The translations under genes were made by a program, and so were the position numbers. A model generated the notes under the pieces. The model saw only the letters and a list, made by a program, of their open reading frames with translations. It did no database searches and had not been told where the DNA came from. This document shows, one piece after another, positions 36,584-49,231 of a DNA stretch of 64,000 bases (within the stretch, counting starts at the first letter, position 1; each line of letters starts with the position of its first letter). The stretch is taken from positions 2,527,406 to 2,591,405 of the forward strand of contig MU008159.1 of assembly GCA_010909165.1 (NCBI GenBank). Direction: 5' to 3'. The DNA is from Anthoceros angustus. Its lineage: Eukaryota; Plantae; Anthocerotophyta.

Positions 36584-36853
36584 TGATGAGAATCACGCAC
36601 AAACGCACTTGCAAAAGAGTCTTGTAGAGTTGCATTACATAATAGAAAATACAAGAGTGTTTAAATAGTAGGTAGAGTCGGTGGTTACAACCATAAGTTG
36701 TTGTAACTATAAGTGGTTATAACCATAAGTGGTTATAACAACTAACTACCTAAATAACCACCTAAAGAAAACTACTTAGTGCCCTAGGCATATAATAATC
36801 ATTAAGTAAAGGTGCCCTAGTGAATAGTGCCCTATACCTAATATATTTCATCA
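36584..36853 (-). repeat. 5' LTR of copia B
   Basis: TGATGA...TCATCA termini, next to the PBS. Confidence 0.95.
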
Positions 36854-37285
36854 TTTACAACGACCTGTCCCAATTGCAAAAGCAATTACAACATTTAAGT
36901 TTGAGACGTCTCGGTGTGGGTACAACGCGCTTTACAACGACCTGTCCCAATTGCAAAAGCAGTTACAACATCTAAGTTTGAGACGTCTCGGTGTGGGTAC
37001 AACGCGCTTTACAACGACCTGTTTTACAAAACCATCTACAACATCCCAATTGCAAAAGCAATTACAACATCTAAGTTTGAGGCGTCTCGGTGTGGGTACA
37101 ACGCGCTTTACGACCATTTACAAAACCATCTACAACATCCCAATTGCAAAAGCAATTACAACATCTAAGTTTGAGATGTCTCGGTGTGGGTACAACGCGC
37201 TTTACAACGACCTGTTTTACAAAACCATCTACAACATCCCAATTGCAAAAGAAATTACATCATTTAAATTACAACGCCCTTTTAA
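36854..37285. repeat. ~95 bp tandem repeat array, right part (plus two ~64 bp shortened units)
   Basis: Continues the unit broken at 29969. Confidence 0.92.
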
Positions 37286-37579
37286 GTAATATATATATAT
37301 ATAAAGACTTTTAAACAAAAACAAATATTATTAATAACACAAATATCTATTTTCAGCTTCTTTAAATGGGGCATATTTACAACAAGTGTTTTACAACGTC
37401 CTTTGTTGTAAATTTTGTATCTTACCTTGTTGTGCATTAGTGGGACACACGAAATGGAATGCTACTACCAAATGCAAGCGATTCTAAACCCCAAAATGAA
37501 CAGATCCTCACACAAATCCACATTCAACTCACACAAACTCGGCCCACAAACTCGCACAAACCCACGGGCTCTCACATAA

Positions 37580-37887
37580 TCAGCGCACAGGCTCTCACGG
37601 GCTCGCGCTCACAAGCTCGCGCTCACAAGCTCACAAGCTCTCGCGCTCACTGCTCCTGGCTCTCGCTCTCACAGCTCACTGGCTCTCGCTCTCACAGCTC
37701 ACAAGCTCATAGGCTTTCACAGGCTCTCGCTCTCCAGTTTCCACAGCTCACAGACTCTCCCTCTCAGCTCAAGGCTCAATTTTCAAGGCTCACAAGCTCA
37801 CAGCTCACAAGCTCTCACAGTGCTCATAGGCTCTCCTGCTCACAGGCTCACACTCTTGCAGGCTCGCATAAAACTCACACACACACA

Positions 37888-37923
<36 letters not shown>
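37580..37923. repeat. Low-complexity GCTCAC(A)-type repeats followed by a (CA)n microsatellite (37876-37923)
   Basis: Directly visible. Confidence 0.9.
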
Positions 37924-37925
<2 letters not shown>

Positions 37926-38135
37926 TAACACACAAACATAGAAGCCATTCCCGGACACAGACTCCCACAAACAAACATGGGGCCATTCCCCAGACACACA
38001 CTCACAAACATTGGGGCCATTCCAGACACACACACAAAGGGACATTCCCACAAAAAGCGATGTCGTATCAATTTCTAAGAGTTTCTAAGGAGCAACTAAA
38101 AGCACCAAACTAGAATTCCTCGCTCCTTGATCTCT

Positions 38136-40275
38136 TCAAATTGGACTTGATTGAAGCCTCATTTCCTTCCTCTTCATGCTCTTCACCCTTGATGACTTGA
38201 GCTCTTTGGCGTAGTCGGACCTAGCTTCACAGAGGCGTTGAGCTTCAAGTTCTGTCGTCGATTCGATGAGAGGCCATGAGATTGAAAAACTTTTCCTGCA
38301 TTTAGAGAGGGATACCTCAACCTCTTCAAATTCTTCCACCTCTTCCATGAGATGGAGTGGTTCAACTTCAACAAGTACTTCATCCGTTCCACACCGGTCT
38401 TGACCACACTTGGGAGGTTAAGGCTTCCCCACCCGAGGAGGCCACAGGTCTGCAAGAATCGAATATGTTACCAAGAAGCCGGTGTTACAACAAAGCAGAC
38501 TTGAAAGATCTTCTATAAGAACTACAGAGGAGAAAGATCCTCACTTAACCCGGGCTTCAATCTAGGCACCAAATTGTCCAAAAACCAGCGTCATCCACTT
38601 GCTTGCGCTCCAATGCCATGTTCGGCTCCTATGGCAAATCCAAAAAGCGAGTTAAAATAGGACAATCAAAACTTGCAAAGACATCAAATCAAAATCTTAC
38701 CATCCAAATCATCATCTTTGTAACCAGCATCCTTGAGGTCCACAATTGTTTGGCACCTATTCTGGGTTGGAGCCAAAGCGCTCCGGATGAGGAAGATTGG
38801 CGCCGTCAATATGTTTCAAGTTTTATTATCCAATTTCCGGCCTTCTTGCCGACCTCTCTCTTGCTCCGTGGGGCGTCTACCAAAGAGTTGGTAAAACCGA
38901 TTTGTAAACTTCACAAACCCACCATTACCAAAGTGGGCATACTGGGCATCCGAGTTCAACTTCCTCAACATTGCTATGCGTTTTTTGCGAGACATCTCCA
39001 TCCGGCCTTGGCTTTTCATTCTCCACAATGCGATCCCACGGTCACCGAGATATCACGAGGCTTATACTTAGGTGGATGATTACCCTCAAGAAATTGTCTT
39101 GCGCATCTTGCAAGATTGTTCTTCCAATTGCGCAACATGGTGTTGAACATTTGGTCACACACATGAGCCATGCTCCAAATCCCACCAACATCTCTTCGAA
39201 TGGCAATTGCTTGTGTCTCTAGTTTCTCTCCCCAGAAGTTGCCAATCAATGAATCCATGAAGTGCCGCATTACCCACCTCAACCGAAATTGGAGCACTTC
39301 ATAACTGTATGAATCTTCTTTAATCCAACGACACATGAGAAGGAAAACATCGAATATGCTTGTACATGCGTGCGCATGTGGCTGTAGTGGCATGTATAGG
39401 CCACATGCTTGTGAGCACATGCTGTCTGGGCATGTACATCCTCCTTGCAGGTTAGCCAAGCGAGCCACACACATGTTTAGCAGCGGATAGCGAAACACAC
39501 ACACTGTTTAGGCTTGAGAGACCAAAAGGAAAACAGGCGCAAGGCCACACACCGGTTTAGGCTTGCGAGACCAAAAAGAAACATGGGTCAAGGCCACACC
39601 GCCGATTTAGACTTGAGAGACCAAAAACAGGCGGTCAAGGCCACACACACTGTTTAGGCTTGAGAGACCAAAAAGAACACGGGCGGTCGATCAAGGCCAC
39701 ACACATGTTTAGGCAGCGGACCAATAGAAAAATCTGGCGATCAAGGCCACACACTTGCGGCTTTAGCAGCGACCAAAAAGAAACATCGGCGGTCAAGGCC
39801 ACACACTGTTCGAGCTTGAGAGACCAAAAAGAAACATTGGGCGTCGGTCAAGGCCACACACACTGGACAAGCTTATGAAAGTAAAAGCAAGGAGTCGGTT
39901 TCAACTAAAACCGGTAAACACGATTCTAGATGAATGTCCATTGTGGAATGGCGTGCGTGCATTTGGGCGATCTCCCTTTAATTCGATTTCTCCTTGGCAA
40001 TTGCGGATCTCCGTCACGCCATCTCCCCTCCTCCACATGGATTTTCCACTTCTTACTGCTCCATCCGGCTGCACTTCTTCAAAGCTGCGAGAACCAACAT
40101 TGACGGAAGGGTTAGGAGTAGGAGTGGAGGTGGCATGGGAGTCTGGTTCTTGAAGGTCAGGTAAGTTTTGAGCCAGCGTGTCACGGACAAGGGAGGCGAG
40201 CTTGCCTTCTTCGCTATCATCTTTCTCAAAAGGTCCGTGTGCACATAAGCCCTCTGGTGGCCCTTGTTCTCTCAT
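38136..40275 (-). pseudogene. CACTA TnpA / Ptta-En/Spm-like second gene, intron-containing, degenerate
   Basis: MLRNWKNNLAR...MEMSRKKRIAMLRK...YAHFGNGGF resembles the Transposase_24-type region; lies inside the CACTA element. Confidence 0.6.
39497..39875. repeat. ~50 bp minisatellite, ~7 copies (probable TnpA intron)
   Basis: Unit TTTAGGCTTGAGAGACCAAAAAGAAAC..GGTCAAGGCCACACAC. Confidence 0.9.
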
Positions 40276-42157
40276 CGCGAAGACCTAAGAGGAGGTGGTG
40301 GCGACTTGAGGCAGTCGATTGGGCTGCTTCTCCACAGGCCGGCACCAAGCTCTTCCTGACGGCGCTACTGCCATGTAATATTAAAGGCGGGCGCGGAGGC
40401 GTCCGCGGCGCGGTCGAGGCCGTTAGGCGACCGTTCTAGGCCGTGCGCCCAATGCGTCCGTTCGGCGTAAGGCGGCGAGTCAGGGCGAGGCGGCCAAATT
40501 TCAGCTGCGGGGCGGGCGGGAGCCGAGGTCTGTTAGTCAATAAAGAGTTGTTGCTCAGGGTACCCAGCTTATACCTCTTTTTTCTCTTGCTAGGATGAAA
40601 AATATGTCCGATCTTTTTACTTTCGGACTTTTACCTTCTTGGTCAAGCGTTCTATCTCGGAGATTGTATCGAGACACAGCATCCAAACCCAAAAACTTCT
40701 TTCTTACACTATTCCTGGGATGGCGCGACAACGCGTGGCGGAATAAGGTAATTTAAGAGGTTTTCCATTTTGTTGCACTCGATAGATGCAGGATACAAAC
40801 CTTAATTGTATGGCCTTCACTGCTCGTGGTGCCATGGCTCTCACCTCCAGCCCCAGCTTTCAGCAACTATGGACGAAGCGCAAACTCACAAACAGCCACA
40901 TCTGCGCAGGGTCAACCCACATGGGAGGAACAACATTGTACCAAATTCATGGTCCAATGACTTACAACCTTACCTTCGCCGCTCTCACAACCATCTTGTC
41001 AGTCTTGGTTTAGATGCCCGGTTCCAAGCTCATGAAAAAGGACATCGATACGTTTTGACAAGTGGTGTGACAAATTGATGCTTATTGAGCTTGTCTAATC
41101 ACTTCCGTGCGCACTTTTGAAAGTGTCCGCTTTCCAAGTTGCCCAATTACCCTGCAATAATGACAGGTGTCAAAAACTTAGTTATTGAGCTGCGTTAGGT
41201 ACATGACGTATTTGCATTTGACATACGCATCAACACTAATTGGGGTGATCAGCCTTGTCAGACTGGTCATACTGCCAACAACTGCAACTGCAACACTGCC
41301 GGGAAAAGACAACCAACAATTAGATAAAACTCACAGCACCCAGGTCGCAGCTCCGGCTCTCAACTAGCGGGTCTCCACTCCCGAATCGTGGTTCCCATCT
41401 ACCGGCTCCCCCAGGCTTCCAGAGTACGAAGAATGTGTTTACGGAAAAGCGTCTTCGACCACTTTTGCCTCCGGTCGTGACGAAACGGATGACTTATCTT
41501 TGTCTTGCCCCATTAAGGAAAATTCCATCCAAGTGGATGTAAGAGACTTCTCCTCTTCTTCTTCCCATGTTCCTCTTGCAGTCGTGGTGAAGCATCTGGA
41601 GTTTGATCCACTCAAGTCCACGAACCGTCACCACAAGACGCGTACCTTCAACATCGGAACTATTCACGTATTTTGTGGGTGGGGACTTGAGAGCCCATCG
41701 CAAATCGGCGATTTGCCATGGCGTGGGTGTGGATCATTGCCCTCTCCTATTCCCATTTGCTTTCTTTGAAGTATAACCGCGTGGAGTGGTCAATTACCAC
41801 GGGCCTGCGCCCGTCCGGAATCTGCCCATCTTCACCGCCTCAAGCCGCTGCCCACCGTGTCTCTGATCCGCCGGCAAGATGCCCGAGGCAACCACCGATT
41901 AGGCAACCCGCACCGATTAGGCAACCCGCAGGCCCGAAATCCAGCCGGCGCTCAAAACCCTCTCTCAGAGAACACGCCACGTCCCATCATAATCCACCTC
42001 GAAACCGCCCACGAACCATTCACTCCATTCTCGCAACCGGAATGGACCCACTCCGCCACAAGGAAGCCTAACGAATCGCACACCATAGCCGCCGCCCCGG
42101 GACTCGGCTCAAGCTCAAGGAGACGGAGAGCTCGGTGACCTCTGCGGTGGCACCAAT

Positions 42158-42330
42158 GTGGACATAAACTTCGGCGCCCTTTGGGAGATCGGTGCCTACG
42201 AGGTGGTGCGCATCTCCGCCACCATCGCCAAGGCTGCCGAAGATGGTGGACATCAAGGCCACTACGGATCCGCCATGACCGCGGAGTACTTGGAAATCCC
42301 AAGATTCTTGCTCAAGCATGGCGCTCATAC
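42158..42330 (+). pseudogene. Possible ankyrin-repeat gene fragment
   Basis: AEYLEIPRFLLKHGA resembles the ankyrin second helix (GHLEIVxLLLxxGA). Confidence 0.4.
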
Positions 42331-45300
42331 CAGAAAGACGGCAAGACGGCCAGGCGGCAGAGCGGGCGGCAGCAGGTTGGGCGGCGCCGATGAGTCGCAA
42401 TGAGGACGGTATTCCTTTCCGATCCAATCGCCATCACCGATTGCCCATCGTAATGCGGGATCGAGGACCCGGGCTCGATGCATCGCTGCATAGCAACGGG
42501 TTAGGTTCTGGAAGTTTCTTGCCGGATGACGCCGTGTAACGCTTTGATTGGTCGCCGCTTTATTTTACGCCCGAGGTTCGGTTGTGTGGTCAAGCTAGGT
42601 TTGGTAAGTGTAATTTAGGTTTGGCTTTAGGCGGCGGCGGAACCAATCATAGATTTAGGTAGGTTTGGAATTTGGTTTGGAATTCTAGGTTCGAATTCAA
42701 ACAAGGTCTGGTAGAGAGAGAATGGCGGCGCCGATGGAGGGAGAGGAGTTAGGGTTTTGTATGCTATATAAACTCTTCTTCTGCGGTGTTGTCTTTTCCT
42801 AGGGTAGCTCCGAGGGCCGAGGCAGCTTTGTTTTGTAGTCCCAAGGTATCCGCATGTCCGAAGTCCGTGGTGCTGTCCAGTTTTGAAGTAGTTTGAACGC
42901 GAATTTGCTGTTTGTTGTGACGCGAAGTTGTTACTTCCAAAAGCCAAAGTTGTTTGCCTCCAAAGGCCAAGGTTTGCTCAGCTTAAAGGCCGATGTCTGT
43001 TTGTTTTCTGAGTGTCTTGGTCTTTTTGTGCGGCGCTTTTCTCCGCTCTTTTTTCGCTGCTACTCTTGCGCTGTATGCGCTCTACTCTTTGTCAGGTTTG
43101 TGTGCTGTAGTTTGTTCTGTTGTTGCGTTTCATGGCGGTCTGTTGAGTTGGTGTTCAGGTTTGTTTTGTGCATGCTTCTTTTTCCTCTCCAGGCCATTGA
43201 TGACCTTACTTCGAACCTGTTGTTTATGTGTGTTCAGGTCTATTGTCTGCCAATAAGGTGCAGGTTAAGCACTTCTATGTGTGAAGTCGTTTCCTATGCG
43301 TTTTCTTTGTCTTTTTCTGTTTTGCATGCTGTATCTTTGTCTTTCTTATTCCTTCCCTTGAAACCAATATAAAGGCACTGTAAGGCCTGCACTGGAGGCT
43401 AGTAGGGAGTTTTGAAGTTACTGGTTGGACATTGAAGTATGAGCGCTTTTGTGTTTCATTTACGCTCACGTCTGCGACTTTCAGTTGTTTAGATGGAAAA
43501 TTGGTCTTCTATCTATTACTGTTTGTTGGAGTTTGCCGTCGCCGTGTTCACGATGTTCCTCTTCAGTCGCCGTAAGTCTTCTTATTTTGTTGTTACCGCG
43601 TTTCTGGATACATAAAGAAGATTCCATCTTTATCTCCTATTTTTGTTTCAGTCGTCACCTTGTGTTCGTCCATCGTAGAACATAGAGTTTTATGTATGTT
43701 CTTTGTCTAGTTTGTGAAGGTTTATGTTATTTGTTTCGTTTAACATTTGGCTTGATTGTCCTCGATATCATGCATCTTCCTGTGAGTTTCCTGATCTTTC
43801 TTTCAGTTTCTCACCTCCGTATGTTTCGATGCAGGGGTTTGCCGGAAGCTTGAAAAAGATCCAGACTTAACTAAATGTATACTCTGGAAAGTAATAACTG
43901 GTACGATCGTTGTTTGTTTGGTTGCCTGCTTAGGGTTTTCAAGCCTCACCATTGATTTCCGTGTTGTCTTCCATTGTATAGCTTTGCGCCTTTTGGTCTT
44001 ACCTTTGTGTTGGTTTTGTTTTCCTCAGCTCATAAGTTTGCTTATCTCGCTATTCATTGTCTTATAGACTAGCAATAAAGTTTTGTCACTTTGTAGCTTC
44101 GCTAATTATTTCGTATGTTTTGTCATGCAGAAGAGTTTGGGTGGCTTGAAGGATATCCGGCCGTAACTGGATAATACTGCAGGAAGTAATTTGGGTGCGA
44201 TTGCATTCTTTGTGTCCAACTGTTTGTTTGACTGTGTGTCATTTCAGGACTATAGTTTCATTGTTTTGTTTGTGGAGTTTTCAGAGTTTGCTGTTAGCTT
44301 TGTTTGGTGCTTTTCAGTTGCTTACTTCGTATGTCTTGGCGCGAGGAGAGTGTGGGGGGCTTGAACAAGATCCTCAAGAAACTCGAAATTCTACCAAGAG
44401 GGCACAGTATGTTTTCATCTTTGTGTCAAATCATGTTCCGTCTGAATGCTTCTCTGTCTCAGGTTCATCTCATTGCTAATCGCTATCCGATGTGTAATCG
44501 CCAGGACTTAATCGTTGTTTCACCTTTACAATCGTTGTCCGGGCTGGTTCACTCTGAATGGTATGGTATTTACGAATATGTTTTACGCCACGGCGATTTG
44601 AGGGATTTCTAGAATGAGCTTTCATCTAGATGTACCGTATTCACTTGAGTCAATTTTTTCTACCGTTTCTGGTTTCAACATTTATGGTGGATGCATTTCA
44701 CCATGCCATGTTTTCTACTCTATTGTAATGGATTTTACTATATTGAGTAAAAATAAAGACCAAATGGTCAATTCTCTCTAGAAATCTACCCTTCAAATAA
44801 ATCAATCATGGCCGAGGCCCCAGAAGGCCGCGATTTTTCTGGATTAGCAGGCCCAGACTCCTCCACGGCATCGAGGTGAACTCCTCCTCCACTAAGATTA
44901 GGGAGGAGGCCGCCTCCACGGCATCGGGAGGCTGCTCCTCCACCGCATCGGGAGGAGGCCGCTTTGTTCTCCACCGCGGGCGGTGACCGCTCGCTTTCCT
45001 ACCACACACAAGTGAGAAAAGAAAAAGCCATCGTTAGAGCTCATTATCATCACCGACCCTAGAGCTTGCGAACTAGTTGAAGGGCGTGATTCAAACCGCC
45101 GGTGCATGCGCTTTGGACAAAGCCGTTGATGCACAACTCACATTTCGAGGGTGATGAGATTAGCGCTTGCGCTCCTTCGAGACGCCTCCCGCTTCTTGCC
45201 TTCACGGTGGCCCATTTTTTCTGCATGCTAGGCTTGTCTGACAAGCCGGAAAGCAGCTCCTTAGCTTGCGCCTGTCTACTAAACCCAACCACCGAGCCGT

Positions 45301-45759
45301 TAGAGGCAGATCCTTCCACCACGGCATCCACTGCTGCGTCCCCCACCACTAATGCTGTTGTGGCCAAAAGTCTTGTTTCCTTATCGCGTTCTGCATGACA
45401 TTGCAAACCCAACTTCGCACTTGCACGTGTAGTGCGCACCATCTACATTGCAAGGTGGTTGGGGTTAGTAGAAAGGCGCTTAGCAACCTTTGCCCATGAA
45501 AGTGCGTGCCCTTAAAAAGCACCAAGCATAAGAGAGATTGGGGATGCACACAAACCTTCTTGATCCAAGGAATTCAATAAGCCCTAATTGTGTTGTAGGT
45601 CGAATCAGCAAATACACTAACTAAACACGAGCTTGTGTAGTTACTAACTAAACACCATGCCGTTGTTAGAGCTTGTGTGCGCAATACACAACGAGGCTGC
45701 GCCCCGACCAAGATCTCGGCGCGTAAGAGAGGGAGGCGGCGCTGACTCAACATGTGACT

Positions 45760-48050
45760 GCTGCTGTGGACTACGGACTTCCCTTAGGGTTGGGAAATGG
45801 GTCAGGTTTTGTTTTTTTTCATAGGACCGAAGTAGAAATAAGGCGGAAAGGAAGGAATAGGTCCGGAATACCCCGGACTACACTCCGGAGTGGGTTCCAG
45901 GACTCCGGAGGAGCTACGGACTGTCCACCAAGGGTTAGGACGGACCGCGCACAGAACGGACCAGGCAGGTCCGGACCACACTCCGGAGCGGGATAAGATA
46001 AATACGCCAAGTAAGTAACTTAGCAGTTGGGGCGTGTTTAGATAGTTCGCCACGGGACCAGATCGAGAGGAGGACGCATGCAGGCGGACCAGGGACCGTA
46101 GGAGTGCTGCCTGGAAGCAAGGCCAGAAATTCGAGTACGCGGGCGGCGTAACGCAACAGACGCAGCGGCGTAAGAGCTGGAGCCGGTGTTTAGCCAGTAA
46201 GCCATGCTCGTGGCCATACGTGGCAGGGCACCTCCGCCCGCCGTTACTTCCAACGGCGCACAAGGAGGGTCATTACTGCGCCGCCTCGAGACAATTCGCA
46301 GCTCTTGCGCCCATGATCCGCTCCGCTTATCTGGACGCGAGACATCTTAGCGCCGCTCACCGCTGTGAGGTTGGAGCAACAACGCGGCAAGAACGTGCCG
46401 GGCCGGTCCGAAGGCGCCTACAAAGAACAAAGGAGGAGAAGCGATGGCACCCAAAAGCCCGCGGAAGTTTGGGAGCCATGGAACCTCGGAGCGTAACATT
46501 GTGACTCAAGGCCATCCTGGACTTTGGACCCCGGGCCGGAGGAAGCGGAGAATTAGTGGAGGAGTGGCACCGGATGTGTTCCACGGTCCTGGACGTGACA
46601 GTGTCACCGGGTCCGGAGTTCGCTCGGAAGATGTCGGGCGGTCAATAAGGAGGTGCGGTCCAAGAACCTCCTGGAGGACCAGGCGATGGACCTTGAGGTC
46701 CCGGGAGGCGGCCTACAACCGCCCAAAGGAGGAAGAAGGGGAGGGTGGAGCCCCTCAAGGCGAAGGGAAGATAGGGCCGGCACAACGCGATGCGCCGAGG
46801 CACTGGGGACGCAGGACCACCAACGGATGGTCGATATCCACCGCCTGGATACCGAGTAAGGGCGGTAGCCGGATCATTGTCCATTGGAACTCGCTCACCA
46901 AGGTGGATCACCTTGGTGATAACTGTTGGTATTCTCGCATGCGCTGCAATGGGAAGAGGCGGACTGGGAAGGACTGTTTAGCCGGGAGGCTGCAAGCTCG
47001 TGGAATGAGAAGCCCTCGCTTAGCCTGGGCCGCCCTATACTCCATGTATGGGGACATTTCAGCTCAAGGAGGGAGAGCTGAGCGGGCGCCCGGAAAGGAC
47101 TGAGGCCCCCGAAGTGAGCGAGCAAGGCGCCCGAGGGAGGCCGATCAAGGCCAGCCGGACCGGAGGAGGACGACTGGGAGGATTCCGACTACACGTCTGA
47201 ACGGACCCCCTCACCACCTGTGAAGTATGGGAAGAAATTCCCTTCCCTCCTCCAGTGCCCCAACCGAGTGACCAGCCAGCAGAAGCCCTGACCCCAGAGC
47301 CCCGCCACCACCACAACCGGCCCGGAGCTCCGGACCAGAGGGAACCAAAGAGACGCAAGGCGGCAGCCAACGCGGCACCTCGACGCCAAGACTTTACCCC
47401 CACTGAGTGGCAAGAAGGAGGAAGCGTGCAGGAGGGCAGCGGGACGCAGGAGCAGGAGGACACTGCAGCAAGCCGCACTGAGCCGGTCCTGCCCGATGAA
47501 GAGGCAAAAGGGCTTGCTCCGGACCTCACCTCCGAGCCCTGTGAGGAAAAGGGCGGAGAAGGAGCCCGCGCCAAAAGGGCCAAGGAGGTGAAGCTCCCGA
47601 GCTCAAGACATCAGGGACCTAAGGGTCCCGATTAGGTCGAGAACCCAACCGGACTTACTCGACCAGTATGGAGGTCCACAGCGGGCCGTGAAATGCCGGC
47701 TCCCGCCACGGACTTTGTGGGAGCCTCGCGGCCGTGGAAGAAACACGCGGGTTCCAGCTACCGGGCTATGGACAGATGCCGGGGGTCTCTGGGATGGCCG
47801 AGAAGACCAGGAGGTAGAAGCCACCCGGAGGCATGGTACTCCTCCAGAGGCTTGAGGGGCCCGGAGGCAGAAGGAAGGTCAAGCTCGGCCGGATTGAGGA
47901 AGGAAACGCCGGAGGCCGAGAGGGAGGTCCGTCCATCCGCAAGGACCGGACTAAATTCCTTCAGCTAGAGGAGCAGCTGAAGCAGGCTAAGGAGGCCCAA
48001 AACGTCTTGAATGACGAGTACTCGGGATGCATGCTTGACGGCTATATTTT
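45760..48050 (+). mobile_element. Retroelement-like fragment with accessory ORF (MAPKSPRK...; coiled-coil C-part)
   Basis: 45968-46277 is homologous to 63692-63990; frameshifted + strand ORF 46444-48050; no pol domain seen. Confidence 0.5.
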
Positions 48051-48245
48051 GAATTTCAAAGTACGAACGATGTATATAGCTAGTTGCACGACATACTAAC
48101 CTGTACCCTACCATGGAGGCGCGGCGACAACCTTGTGGATGTAGTCACAAGCGAAGGTAACCTTTTTAGCTCCGCGTGCTTGGCTCGACAGCAAGAGCCG
48201 ATGACACCTCATGCAGACGCGGGTCGCAGCGGTGAGAGGATGAAG

Positions 48246-48467
48246 ATGTGAGTCGTCACGAATCTGGTTCTCGCAGGAGCTGCGTTGCTGCTCGGCTGGG
48301 CCGTCGTGGAGGCGACTTGCAAACCCTGCCTTCAATCGGGCTGCGAGGCCATTGATCGCCCGCCACTCGATCCTCGACTATGATCCTGACGACAATTAGA
48401 TCGGAAGCTACTCGAAGCTCCAAGCAGGGCGAAGGAGGAGGTGAGGAAGCAATCGAAGGAAGTGTGA
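48246..48467 (+). pseudogene. OEP7-like outer envelope protein, pseudogene copy
   Basis: Paralog of 55683-55907, but codon 2 is TGA (ATG TGA GTC versus ATG GGA GTC) and there are indels. Confidence 0.8.
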
Positions 48468-49177
48468 TAGCAGATCCGGTGTGTCTCAGATTTGTGGGAA
48501 TTTTGGACACATGCGTGGCGTGCTTGCATCGGGGGATATGACAGTGGAGCGCAGAATCCGGGTTAGGGTAGAAATGTTCGCAATTCTGTTTGCATTTCGG
48601 TCGGAAGCATAGATTGAAGTACTTCTCTTCCGGATCCAGAAATTGTAGAATTTCGCAGTGGTAAGATGCGAAGCTGCTCACTTAAGTTAGCACGCTCGTT
48701 TTTCCTGTTGTCCATTATCTTACCTTCATGTCTCAGGCCGGTGACACTGGAACAGTGTGACAAAGCTTCGCGACGCCAGCATGCCTGGTTGCGTACATAG
48801 GTAGTATGTAGCAGCCCTTGTGATTGATCGAAGGGTGTTTGCTGGCTGGAGATAGAAGGCAGAATTGTGACATGTATGTAGGGAGTATACATGCAAGCTC
48901 GAGCCCTTGTAAAATCAAAGAAGGCAAGCTCAAGTAGACCGTTGTTAATGTCGATGAGTTATGACCTCTTCTGGCGTAAACAACAAAGAATCACTACCAC
49001 CAATATCACGTGTTGTAGAATTCTGGCCCTGTGTGGATTATAATAGACTTCTTCTTCTTCTTCTTCAGGACCGACGACTGTGGCGCTTTGATGAATGCAG
49101 TGATAAAAAGAGGGAGGCACTTTCACTGAATTGATCATTAAGTCACCTTGTAACTTCATGTCATGGATATATGTCGA

Positions 49178-49231
49178 GCCGTCCGCGCTCAGTCTATCGA
49201 GCGGAAGGGGATTCGAGCCCCCCGGACGGCG
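49178..49231 (+). pseudogene. tRNA-Lys-derived relic lacking the anticodon arm
   Basis: Perfect acceptor stem GCCGTCC...GGACGGC+G, A-box remnant GCTCAGTC, T-arm ATTCGAGCCCC. Confidence 0.65.

Larger units (their letters stand above)
29970..36853 (-). mobile_element. Full-length Ty1/copia element B (6.9 kb)
   Basis: Near-identical LTRs 29970-30231 and 36584-36853, PBS TGGTATCGAGCT (36572-36583), PPT GAGTGGGAG (30232-30240), gag-pol between. Confidence 0.96.
29437..40300 (-). mobile_element. CACTA transposon (left TIR CACTACAAGAAAA; right end not found), interrupted by copia B
   Basis: Canonical TIR at 29437, subterminal TTTACAAC motifs, ~95 bp tandem array and TnpA-like ORF. The end coordinate is only the end of the TnpA-like region. 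Confidence 0.75.

Noticed and set aside
37459-38113. 160-aa and 97-aa S/H/T-rich ORFs
   Set aside because: Translations of low-complexity and (CA)n repeats.
39497-39875. Regularly spaced repeats resembling a CRISPR array (also 7370-7910 and 36854-37285)
   Set aside because: Units are contiguous with no unique spacers, no cas genes are present, and the context is eukaryotic TE DNA.
42893-43685. Cys/Phe/Leu-rich ORFs
   Set aside because: Translation of T/G-rich intron-like DNA.
45059-45442. MVRTTR-starting 127-aa ORF
   Set aside because: Could be the start of a TE accessory gene, but there is no domain or boundary evidence to call it.
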